From Rhizodiscina lignyota (Eukaryota): DNA of 64,000 nt. The translations under genes and the position numbers were made by a program. Location: contig ML978129.1 of the NCBI GenBank assembly GCA_010015805.1, positions 496,001 to 560,000 of the forward strand. The letters run 5' to 3'. The notes under the pieces are model-generated. The model did not search any database. It had not been told where the DNA came from and saw only the letters and a list, made by a program, of their open reading frames with translations. Each line of letters begins with the position of its first letter. Position 1 is the stretch's first letter. This document shows positions 1-10,551 of the stretch, piece after piece.

Positions 1-521
1 AGAAGGAGAACAGCCAGAGACGAGTGTATGAGTGTGTACGTTGAGGCATTGTTATCGGTATGGAATTGGATTGGGCACCCTGGGAACTGTGAATAGGTCG
101 AATCGCGATGGGACGATATGCGGCGTTTTGCTTTATACCGCTCGATTATGACAAAGAGGAGAGTCTCAGTTGTATGCTCTCGCTGGTTCTATTTGGCCCT
201 CTAGAGAATTTCAAGACTCTTCCTTCCTGCATAAGGTTACGCTTTGTCTTCATGGTGCTTGCCAAGTTGATCAAGCCAAGGGTGGTGCTTTCCCATTCTC
301 CTTGTGTCTCGTTTATATCTCGTTTTCCGCTTCATCAATATCTCGCTCTCTTGTCCTTCAATAGCGATCATACAGTCAAGCCTACCTCGCTCTCTTGCCC
401 TTCATTCATACAGTAAAGCATACTTTCAGCAAATGTCCAGCTTCCTTAACTTCTGGACTTCCCATGCTGCAGTTGTATTCTTCTGTCGTTACCCTGGTCT
501 TTCTGCACAATCGTTCGTACA

Positions 522-1832
522 ATGGCCGATCAACCAGATCCCTCAGCACCGGGCTCCAACGCTCCAGATGTCCGAAGTGATGGGCACAAATCCGCACCTT
601 GGCTACCGCCATGGACATACTCTCATCCCTCCTCTTCATCTACTCCAGGGCTCTATGGTTCGAGGCACCACCTGGTGCCACCCTTTGTCGAGGACCAGAA
701 TGGCGCTCATCCAGCGAGAGAACCGCCGAACGCTGGACGCCTTAATCCTCTTGCTTCCGAATTCAATGGCCAGAGCACAGTCCCAGGGCTTTCACACTCG
801 AACTCCCAGACCGTAAATGCACAGGCGGAATTCACGAGTACAAGCGCATCTTTTTACCCACCGCCTTCATCTCCTCCTCTGGTTGACGGCACGAATGGTT
901 TTCATCCAGCGAGAGAGCCTACAAATATTAGACGCCTTGATTCACTCGCTGCCAGTTTCAATGGACTGAGCATTGATCAACCGACCTTTCAACACGCAAA
1001 TGCACAGGTGGAATCGACGAGCACAAGAACAACACCGAGCGACGATCTAGCTCATTCCTCGCAGCGTTCCTCTGTCGAGACCAAGCATAGAGCTCATACA
1101 ACGCGAGAATCGATCAACGCTGGACGTCGTAACCCACTTGCTGCCGAATTCAACAGCCAGGAAGGAATATTCCAAGCCGCTTTAGGCCCCCCTCTACCCC
1201 CCCTCATCTCTTTTCTGCAGAGTACTGCCGGAATTGACGACATCTCCGCAAGCCTGGAGGTTATGAGACCACTGATTGCGGTCCTCATTCTCGAGCTTGA
1301 CCCATACATACTACGCACAACCGACACTCAAGCGCGGATGGACGAACTGTATACCACATACTTGCGCGGCATGGACGTGCTGAGAGATCTGAAACGCAAA
1401 TTCATGGCGTTCGGCAATGAGCGGAATGTGATCAGCCACCAGCTATGGCTGTGGTATCATCTCAACTCGAAGGCGAAATGGATGCTGGAGAGACAGATGG
1501 TGGAACTGGCCTGGCGGGTCATGGAAATGGAAGAGTGCTTCACCGAGCTAGGGGAACAACTTGTGCTTCTGAATTGTGAGGGTCGGGAGCGCGAGGAGTG
1601 TGTTCACAGAATAGCAGCGCTGGTGAACCAGACATGCACGAAAATTGTCCTCTTGCGGGGCGTGAACCAGATGCTGGCGGAGCTTTTCAGGAACGTGCAG
1701 CCTCGCCAACACCTACGGCAAAGTGTCTCTGAGGCCTCAACCGACGATGAAGCAAGTCCGCATTGTATTGATCCCGCTTTGCTCGAATACGGTCCCGCAG
1801 ACTCCCCGCCATTTCTTCGTCTTCCCGTATAA
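522..1832 (+). CDS. Hypothetical 436-aa protein: low-complexity N-terminus with three ~64-aa repeats carrying PAM2-like motifs, and a helical C-terminal domain
   Basis: Long intronless ORF. Repeats RLNPLASEFN / RLDSLAASFN / RRNPLAAEFN are also visible at DNA level (units start at ~708, 903, 1095). No family recognised. Confidence 0.65.
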   Translation: MADQPDPSAPGSNAPDVRSDGHKSAPWLPPWTYSHPSSSSTPGLYGSRHHLVPPFVEDQNGAHPAREPPNAGRLNPLASEFNGQSTVPGLSHSNSQTVNAQAEFTSTSASFYPPPSSPPLVDGTNGFHPAREPTNIRRLDSLAASFNGLSIDQPTFQHANAQVESTSTRTTPSDDLAHSSQRSSVETKHRAHTTRESINAGRRNPLAAEFNSQEGIFQAALGPPLPPLISFLQSTAGIDDISASLEVMRPLIAVLILELDPYILRTTDTQARMDELYTTYLRGMDVLRDLKRKFMAFGNERNVISHQLWLWYHLNSKAKWMLERQMVELAWRVMEMEECFTELGEQLVLLNCEGREREECVHRIAALVNQTCTKIVLLRGVNQMLAELFRNVQPRQHLRQSVSEASTDDEASPHCIDPALLEYGPADSPPFLRLPV

Positions 1833-2303
1833 CGATTTCATGGCATTTCCGCGCTTCCGGGCCAGGGGCTTTGGGGGCAGCAGCGGTCCGAGTCATGCTG
1901 CTTCTAATTTTGCGAGAGTATTTTACGACTCTTGTCTAACGCAGCCAACGCTTCTTAGCCCCTCCCTTTCTTGCGTCTCGTTTATCTTTTTTGGGGATGT
2001 GTTGCGGGGTTATGTTGGTGTCCGGTGTCGAGTTCCTCGTCTTGGATAGGGAGCCAAGGAATAGGATGGGACGGCGGGTTAGTGTTGAGCGTCCGCATGG
2101 GACTTGATGCAGGGGAACTGGTACTGTGAGAGTGGTGTCCGAGGAACAGCAGTAACTTTTGTTGGCTAGCATCTCATTGTTCACTCTGTTCGTCTTTGGT
2201 GTACTTGCTGCCTCACAGGGTTTTTCATAACCCGAAAGCTTCTTCGAAAAGGGCATGTTTAATGCCTTGATAGTCCCTTCGTGTTATCAAAAATTCATAT
2301 CAT

Positions 2304-2941
2304 TCACATCTTCGCCTTGATCTCCTCGCACAAGCTCTTCAACCTCTCCATGTCACCCTTCTTCGCTGGCCATCCAATAACAAGACCCTCTTCAGCATTC
2401 GGCTTCGGTATCATGTGGAAGTGCACCTGGTAACTATTAGTGTGGATCCTTCACATTCATCCCGTGGTACAAGTCTCACATGATCGACCTCTTGATGTGC
2501 CGCCCGTCCGTTGTTCTGCAGTATGTTGTAGTTCTCTGCACCACTTGCTGATGCGATTTTCTTCGTGACCGTCTACCCAAATTCCATGTCAGCTATGCTC
2601 CACTGTTTTTCTCTATTCACACCGTGTCGTACCATAATCTCACTCAACTGGTCGTCGGGTATGTCTGTCAGTTTCGCGCCGTGATATTTCGGTATGATGA
2701 GCTTGAACGCGTCCGTCAGCCTGAGGAGTTTGCTCAAACATATTCGATTATCTGCATACCGAGTGTCCGTAGCTGAGAGGACCGATGTCGAGGAACGCAA
2801 GTGTTTTCTCGCTTTCGAAGAGCTTCATCGAAGGGATCTCTCCTGCACAAACTGCACGTCAGTACACCTTTCTCCAGGACCAGGACAACTTGAAAAGGTA
2901 GGCATACCCTTGATAATCTTGCAAAAGATACACGCCGCCAT
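2304..2941 (-). CDS. HNT1: HIT-family nucleotide hydrolase (adenosine 5'-monophosphoramidase Hnt1), 5 exons
   Basis: Spliced translation [76 protein letters not shown], containing the histidine triad HxHxH. GT-AG introns. Confidence 0.95.
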
Positions 2942-3141
2942 TTCGTCTTCTCGTGACGGTGCAATTCCTAAACTTGCGCGGAGCATAAGCTTAGAGAACT
3001 TCGAGCTTCGAGGTCGACTTTGGCTAAGGTGAGACAGCGACAGGTGGGGTGACGTGGGGTTGACGAGGAGATATTTAACAGATTTCTTACCGTCATTTTC
3101 GGCCCCGAAATGGATTAGCCTCATATCTGTTCTCTTCCATC

Positions 3142-4062
3142 TCATCTGAACTTCCAGTCTTTACACGGGAAATTTGCGTAGCAACGGAATTCGTTGCTCA
3201 GGCCTTTGGAATGCTGTGGCTCGAAGGTAGTCGTGCGGATCCCGGCTTTACCATAGAGCTTGTGGATGAGAGGCTCCATTCTCTCGCCGGTGCAAACGAT
3301 CAATGCAGGACTGTTGTCTGCAGTGGATGGAACGCCACTACTGGTACCGGGAGCATTCCAAGACTTCGAGAGCCAGCGAACTGTTAGTGCGGCTTTTGGA
3401 CGAGTCAGCATACTACTGGATATCTTGGGGAAGACGATTGGTGCACCTTTCGTTTGACAATCTTCGCTGAGGAACGGCGGATCGCAGATGATTCGATCAA
3501 AATGCCCTTTTAGTTGCTCTATTGGAATTGGACGTAAGCTGTGGATTCTTGCCTTTTTTTAATCTTCGGGGGAATTGTACCTGGCAGTCGTGTGGGATTC
3601 GCAAAGTCGTAGAACACAAACTCTTTGAACACTGAGAATCGCTCATCATACTCGAGGAGCACGACCTCTGGTCTGACTTGTGCTTCGAGCGAAGACATCA
3701 GATTCTTCAGCTGAATGAACACGCTCGGCGCTGATACAATCGCGACAGCAGTATCGTTGGTTGTGCCGTCGAGGAGCTGTTTGGCGAGCAGTGTTGCTGT
3801 CTCATCGTTGTACCAAAATTGGCTAACATTCCAGTCTTCCGTAAATGCATCCATGGAGAGCTTCTGCTGCTCGAAACTGTCCTCTGCTTGCGACCTGAGG
3901 TCCTCGAACTGCTTCTGGCGACTATCTTTCTCGCTGTAGAATTCTTTCAGTGCGTCGAGGGCGCCGGCGGATAGTTGTCTTCAGATCATCAGTTTAAAAT
4001 CCATAGGGAGATATTGTCTCATGTACTAACGGCATCTCATCGTCCCCTTCAGCGGAAGTCAT
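3142..4062 (-). CDS. EFM5: EEF1A lysine methyltransferase (Efm5/N6AMT2 family), 4 exons
   Basis: Motifs LSAGALDALKEFY, EDWNVSQFWY, LLEYDERF, ICDPPFL, IVCTGERM and GLSNEFRCYANF across reconstructed exons. Confidence 0.9.
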
Positions 4063-4402
4063 GATGTTCTTACAGCCCAAGCTCTTGCAAGTTGAATATC
4101 CACGAAGGTAGAGAGTTATGGATGTGAATGTTAGTAAAAGTGAAATTTACACGTTTAATAATCACGGCAACCATGGAAGCCCGCAGCAAATCGGCACATA
4201 GCGGCGTTTCAGCCTTCTCCGAGCTATCTTGCACGACTGGGCCTCGTGTACCTCGGATGCGTGTCGCAAATGCTGTCTGCCTCGTACAAAAGTGCTTCAG
4301 CGCCGCGTGCCTGTCACAATATGGACATTGCCGCTCATGAGTAGATCTAATGTGCGTTTCCGCTACCTCACCAAGACAGGCCAGTACAGTGCCTCGCCGG
4401 TC

Positions 4403-5355
4403 ATGGCGGTCTCTCTCCCAACTCTGCCAGAGATAGAACGTCTCAGCCCGCGCGTTGTGCGTATACTGGGTGGGAACCCTTCGAAGGTGAGCTGCCTATC
4501 TATTATATTGTTTTTTAAGCTTCGCTAACGCATTGCAGTTCACTCTTCAAGGTAGCTCATTGCGTACGGTCGTCGGCAAAGACTGACTTTCTAGGCACAA
4601 ATACGTACCTGATCGGCCAAGGCCCAAAACGAGTCCTCATCGACACTGGTCATGGAAAGCCAGTCTGGATTGAGACTCTGCAAAGAGCGCTGGCGAAGGA
4701 GAATGCGACCGTCGATCGTGCCATCATCACCCACTGGCATCCGGACCATGTAGGCGGGATAGCAGACCTGCTGAAAATCTCCCCCGAAACGCAGATATTC
4801 AAGAACGAGCCGTGGGAAGGGCAAGAGGACATACAAGACGGGCAGAAGTTTGTCACCGATGGTGCCACTCTGCGAGCGTTCCACACCCCTGGCCACACGA
4901 CCGACCACATGGCGCTTATCCTGGAGGAAGAGGATGCCATGTTCACCGGCGACAACGTGCTTGGCCACGGCACCGCCGTCTTCGAGGACCTCGCCATCTA
5001 CATCGACAGCCTGAAGCGTATGTCAAAGCAAGTATCTGGGCGAGCATACCCGGCGCATGGTGCAGTCATCGATGATGCAACGAACAAGATCCTCGAGTAC
5101 ATCCAGCATCGGCAAGAACGCGAGACCCAGATCCTGGAGATACTAGGACGGGAGAAAGAGGCCGAGGCGCACGAGACACCCGACTGGACGAGTCTTGATG
5201 TCGTCAAGTTCATTTACACAGAGCTGGGTACGGACATGTACCCTGCGGCAGAGCGAGGCGTGTTGCTCGTTTTAGACAAGTTGATCAAGGAAGGTAAAGT
5301 GACGCACAATAAGGAGGCGAATACCTGGCATTTGAACGCACAATCGGCTTTATAG
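4403..5355 (+). CDS. Metallo-beta-lactamase-fold protein, LACTB2-like, 3 exons
   Basis: RILGGNPSK-FTLQG-TNTYLIG, LIDTG, THWHPDH (HxHxDH), TPGHTTDH, FTGDNVLG, YPAHG. Includes a 13-nt micro-exon at 4539-4551. Confidence 0.9.
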
Positions 5356-5471
5356 ACTTTTTTCGCGTGGATAGATATACCATCTAGACCATTTTCAGAT
5401 CCGCATCGTCCTATCTCATCCCGGCCTTCAACCGTACCCTACCGCGTTCGTAGGTGATGGATTGAAGAGAC

Positions 5472-5891
5472 CTAGAGTCCCTTCTCAGCCTTCCACTCGT
5501 TGATCACCCTCTCCCCAACCTTGAAACCCTCAATACCCGCCGGGAAACCGCAGTACCCCGCTGCCTGCAGGATCGTCTCGCGAATCTCAAGCTCGGTCGC
5601 GCCATTAGCCAATGCGCCTCGTACATGTCCGCCCAGCTCGGTGCTGCGATTGAGCGCGCATAGCATCGCAACGTTCAGCAAGCTGCGCTGCTTGCGCTCC
5701 AAGCCCGGTCGCGTCCAGATGCTGCCCCAGCACACCTCTGTCACGTACTCCTGCATTGCCCGCCCGAACTCTGAGCTGCCGTTCTTGAGCGCGTTGTCGA
5801 CATACTTGTCGCCCACGACCTCCCTGCGGACTTTCAGGCCCTCCTCGAAGAGTAGCTCGTGCGCTTCTTTGATCTTTTGCTCCTTCGACAT
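5472..5891 (-). CDS. Carboxymuconolactone decarboxylase (CMD/PcaC/AhpD-like) family protein, 139 aa, intronless
   Basis: GLKVRREVVGDKYV, WGSIWTRPGL..RSLL..AML.AL, HVRGALANG..EIRETILQAAGYCGFPAG are typical of the CMD family. Confidence 0.9.
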   Translation of the reverse strand: MSKEQKIKEAHELLFEEGLKVRREVVGDKYVDNALKNGSSEFGRAMQEYVTEVCWGSIWTRPGLERKQRSLLNVAMLCALNRSTELGGHVRGALANGATELEIRETILQAAGYCGFPAGIEGFKVGERVINEWKAEKGL

Positions 5892-6339
5892 GTTGGATGT
5901 TGGTTACTGGTGATTTGATATGTTTCTAGTGATTGATTGGCATATTGACGTTCAATTGCTCGAAATAAGACTTACTGGACTATAAATTGATGTTCTTGTA
6001 TCGCAATTGCTGTACGGAAGAGCTCAAGATATAGCTGAAAGTTAGCGCGGGTATAATCGGACATAAATACCTTACCTTGTGGGGTATCGTACATTCCAGT
6101 AGCGGATTTCGTCACTCCGCGGCAATCGGCATGCGGAGATATTCGTAGCTCATATGAGCAGCAAAATAGGATGGATGCTTCCCGCATGTTAGAAGCCGAC
6201 TTCGGTAGTTGCCCGAGTATTAATCGTGTCTGGCAAATCGTGACGAAAGCCGATACGTATATAAAGATTCCAAAGACAGGCCAGAGACAACACTTCATCC
6301 ATTGAATCTCATCATTTTCAAGAGCATAACAAAGCAGTC

Positions 6340-7393
6340 ATGGCGTCGAACAAGTATACAGCTGTAGGCTTCATTGGCCTGGGCATAATGGGCTTTCCGA
6401 TGTTGGAGAATCTGATCAAGAAAGCACCTTCGACCACAAAGTTCTACATCTACGACGTGATGGCGCCCGCACTAGAAAAAATGGCTTCGAACTATCCGGA
6501 CCAAGTCACCGTTTGCGGCAGCTCGAAAGAGGTAGCGGAGAGGTCTGTATGTATGAGAAATCCATCCTTAGAATTGAAAGACTTGGGTATCGATTAGAAA
6601 ACAGAAACGCTAACGAAACCAAAAGGAAGTAATCATATCAATGGTGCCCGAGGGGTCGCATGTGCGCTCTGTGTATCTCACACCAGATACCGGTGTTCTC
6701 GCCGCAGACGTATCAGGCAAACTCCTCATCGACTCCTCGACAATCGACACCGCTACATCACTCCAGGTCCGCGAGGAAACGCTCAAGAAGTACCCCACCG
6801 CATCGTTCTTCGATGCTCCGGTCTCGGGCGGCCAACTGGGCGCGCAAAAGGGCACTCTAACGTTCATGGTCGGTTCTAAAGAAGACGATCCAGAATTCCC
6901 CGTTCTACAGCATCTCCTAGGCATGATGGGAGCAAACATTGTACCATGCGGCGGACCTTCCCTGGGATTGACAGCCAAACTGTGCCACAACTACTGCTCC
7001 GCCATGATTGCAATCGCGACATCAGAGTCCATGAACATTGGTGTAAAGGCCGGAATGGATCCACGCGTCCTTGCGAACGTGTTCCACAACTCCGTTGCTC
7101 AGAGCACTGTTTGCGACAAGTGGTGTCCTGTGCCGGGCGTCGTGCCAGGCTGTCCTGCCAGTAACGGGTATCGCGGCGGTTTCCGAGTCCAATTGATGAG
7201 GAAAGATGTCGGTCTCGCGGTCGACACTGCGAAACGGGTTGGTGCTACGCTTGCACTGGGTGGCGCTGGTTTGCAATGCTACACTGACGCGGCAAACGAT
7301 CCGAAATGCAAAGACCTGGATTCAAGAGTTGTGTACAGATTCCTGGGTGGCAACGAGAACTGGGATGGAAAGCAGGCAGAAAGGGAGGCGTGA
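6340..7393 (+). CDS. Beta-hydroxyacid dehydrogenase (3-hydroxyisobutyrate dehydrogenase-like), 2 exons
   Basis: Rossmann motif VGFIGLGIMG, IDSSTID, substrate motif DAPVSGG, catalytic Lys in AKLCHN, GF...LMRKD. One intron at ~6547-6625. Confidence 0.9.
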
Positions 7394-7403
7394 GCTTTCT
7401 TTC

Positions 7404-8717
7404 TCACGCCTGAACAGCTTTTGACGGTTCCGGGGCTACGAGCGCCTCCTGGTAAGATGGAAGCTGCTCCAGTTCGTCCATTGGTGGTGGAGGTGGATCT
7501 GAGGCACTTGAACCTGGATCTGCTACACTTGAGGTAGCCTCTGGAATGGGTTGCGGAATGATTCCCTGTCTTCTTCTTGGTAGAACCAATAGATATGTCC
7601 TCCCAGTCGAGGCTACAAAATCGAATGTCTTATCTGCGCATTTCAGAGTCGCGTGAACCTTGAAGCAGTATGACCGTCCCATGTTGAAAGTCTTGAAAGT
7701 TGGAGGCAGAAGCTCTGGCAACGCCGTGGAGAGCATCTTTGTCCATCCCTCTCCCTTATTAAAAAGGCCGACATTGATCCACTGCTTCTTCCAAAGGGTG
7801 GCTTCCAGGTTATCCTGAGGATTATGGAAGACACCTTCCGCTTGGACATTTGTCCAACCCTTGAGGCTGATGTATATGGATTGCAGTTCAACGGCAGGAG
7901 TAGGAGCAGTAGATTCTCCAGGAAGATGCTCGATGCCAGCAGATATTAAGAATCGATCTCCTGCAAGCACAGTTGTCGGGTATGAGACCGTGAACTTGAA
8001 TGCCGCTGCAGGAAGCTTGCTGGAAGAAAACACCGACTTGGTCTTTTCTTTAAAGGTAAGTTCTCTACCTTCATTCTCTGGTAATAGAAGAAGGCTCCTG
8101 GCGATGAACTTCTGCGACGAAGACGTGCTACGTCCGTCAGGGACGACTTGATCGTTGCGTAAAGTAGGCACATAATTCAGAGCCAACTCCGTGGTACGCA
8201 TGACTATATTGGACTGATGTCGACAGATGTTTGCGGTCAATTTATATTCCACAAAACTCTCAAAATGTGCTCCTGAGAAGATAACGTGTTACATATCAGC
8301 AAAGTGCGGAATCGAATGTATGTCGGAATACTTACCCCATTCCATTTCATCGTCTCGGAAGCTTGGCGGAAGTGTCTTGTCCAGTCCTTGGTCGGAGCCA
8401 TCTGCCATGGGCGGAAGTGTCGTGGGGAAAGTGACGGAGAAAGGAAAGCCGTAAGTATGGCCTGCCTCGAGGGGAGTGGAGGTCTGTTGGATAACTTCAA
8501 CCTTCGAGAAAAGGTGGTGTCGGCCACGGTAGGTGACACGCGAGTTGCCATTTCGGCGTATGATTTTGGTCTTCGTACGGCCCCATAACTCGATGAATAC
8601 ACGGCCAATGAGTTCCGGTTTGGCATTCAAAAGCATGACCTGTCCGGTAACCGTGTCTCCAGTCCCGTAGTTTTGATTCGCGAAATCAGGCCGGATTATG
8701 AGAGTCGGAGAAGCCAT
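7404..8717 (-). CDS. Arrestin-like (Arrestin_N) fungal protein, 2 exons
   Basis: YGTGDTVTGQV, ELWGRTKTKI, YGFPFSVTFP, LPPSF|..VEYKL, LPPTFKTFN..RSY, and a C-terminal PY-type motif LPSY. Confidence 0.75.
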
Positions 8718-9701
8718 TCTCGTACTGCCTGTTTCGTATGCTGATACGCTGGTTCTTGAGGTTGAGGTACGTCGGCTATTACGAGATGTTCACGTTCCGT
8801 CGGCTAGCTCGTCAGAATGTTTTGGAATATGTCGAAGCAATTGTTGAGAGCTGGTTTGAGAGGAAGATGGTGGAGTCCTCGACATGGAGACGTGTCAGAA
8901 GTTCACACAACGCGCCGCAGATACTTTGGATAAGGGGGTCGTGTTGCCGCAGGATGTTAGAAGGTGCGATGTAGCTGTATTGGGAATTGCGAGCTATGGA
9001 GATACAAATAGGGGCATGTTCGAATAGAAGTAAGGGCTCGAGGCTGAGAGATTAAACTGATCAAGCGACGGGAGATCAACTACATAGCGCTCCCAAGGCG
9101 GAATCAGGCCTGCGATGTTATGGAGAGGTGTTTTGAAGATGAGAGGTCAGGAAATGCCTCCCGAGCGAGGCTGATCGCACAGCCACGCGTCTACCACCAC
9201 CATTTGTGTTCGGCCCTTGTCGACCCTGTGGGAGGATTCCACGGCGCACTCATGTGCTCGGAAAGCTCCCGGATCCATCGTGGGATTGGACCAAGGTCAG
9301 AAGTCATCGTCGCACAGAGTATGCCTTCGTTTTTGGTCTGTGCCTCGAGCAGTTCGCACTGGATTCATGCCCGTCCACGCACCACCAATTGCTTTTTGGA
9401 GCGCGATATTGCGCCATCCCGTCGCGTCCCCGCATTCAGAGCGCCTCTCGCTTTCTGGAGGCATGGGGCATGTCACGTCCGAACAATCACTTGACGGTTC
9501 TATAGCACGTCATCAGCGCTCCCCGATGTCTTGCATAGCTCCCAAGCGTTCTCACTGTGATTATGTAGCTATAAAGGCACTTCATGTCCACAGACTGGGC
9601 ATGTTCAGTTTCTCTTCAGGGCTCTGTTCAATTTCACGCTTCCAAATCTTGAGGCATTTCTGTCATCGCTACTCATCATCTCGTATTCCTAAAGCCACAA
9701 G

Positions 9702-10337
9702 ATGTCCGCCATTCAGAAAAATGTAGAAGCAGCGTCCGAAAAGTACTCGTCCACCTTCACACAGGGCCATTTGGCTCTCCCGCCGGCGAAGAAGTACCTC
9801 GTGCTCACGTGTATGGATGCGCGAATCGATCCCGCCAAGGCATTCGGCATTGAACTTGGAGATGCGCACGTTATTCGGAATGTCAGTTATGTGTCAGAGT
9901 TGAGAATACCCACTTGACTTACCTCCTCGAGGCCGGCGCTCTCGCCCAAGACGCCCTCCGCAGCATCGTAATCTCCCAGCAACTCCTGGGAACTCGGGAA
10001 ATTGTCCTCGTCAAGCACACAGGTTGTGGGATGCTCACATTTACCAACGAGGATGCGTATCGTATTGTTGATGCGAACCTTGGGTGCGTGGATTTGCCTC
10101 ACCCTAACCTCGTATTTCCTATTTCGTCCTTTTTACTCATGAACGCATCTATATAGCTCGGACGCCTCAGAGGAGCTGAAATCCCGAGACCTAGATTTCC
10201 AGCCCTTTCCGCAATTGGAACCAGCAGTGAAGGCGGACGTCGAGTTCCTTAAAAATACAAAGCTCATATCGGACAGCGTAGCGGTCAGCGGATGGATATA
10301 CGAAGTTGAGACAGGAAAGACTCGTCGTGTTGTCTGA
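9702..10337 (+). CDS. Beta-class carbonic anhydrase (short, clade-D-like), 3 exons
   Basis: Zn ligands CMDAR and HTGCG, plus VIRNAG and GWIYEVETG. Confidence 0.92.
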
Positions 10338-10551
10338 GGCTCAAAGAGCGCGCGATGTGCAGACGATGGATCTCTATTATTTTTCTTTCTTAATGATACC
10401 ATCAGCTACCGCCATATACGATTGCCAATAGGCAATGATGGCCTTTGTCTGGAGTTTTACCAAGCAAAACAACTCAATCGTGCTATGCTATTGCCATCCT
10501 CTCCAAAACGCACGTCGCTCCTCGTTAGTGTACAAAAGACCACTCCGGGTC

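Noticed and set aside
9010..9080. TPP-riboswitch-like words (GGGG...GCTGAGA...CTGATC.AGCG..GGGAG) upstream of the carbonic anhydrase
   Set aside because: The P5 stem-loop and the conserved segment after CTGAGA are missing, it is not in an evident intron, and neighbouring genes are unrelated to thiamine.
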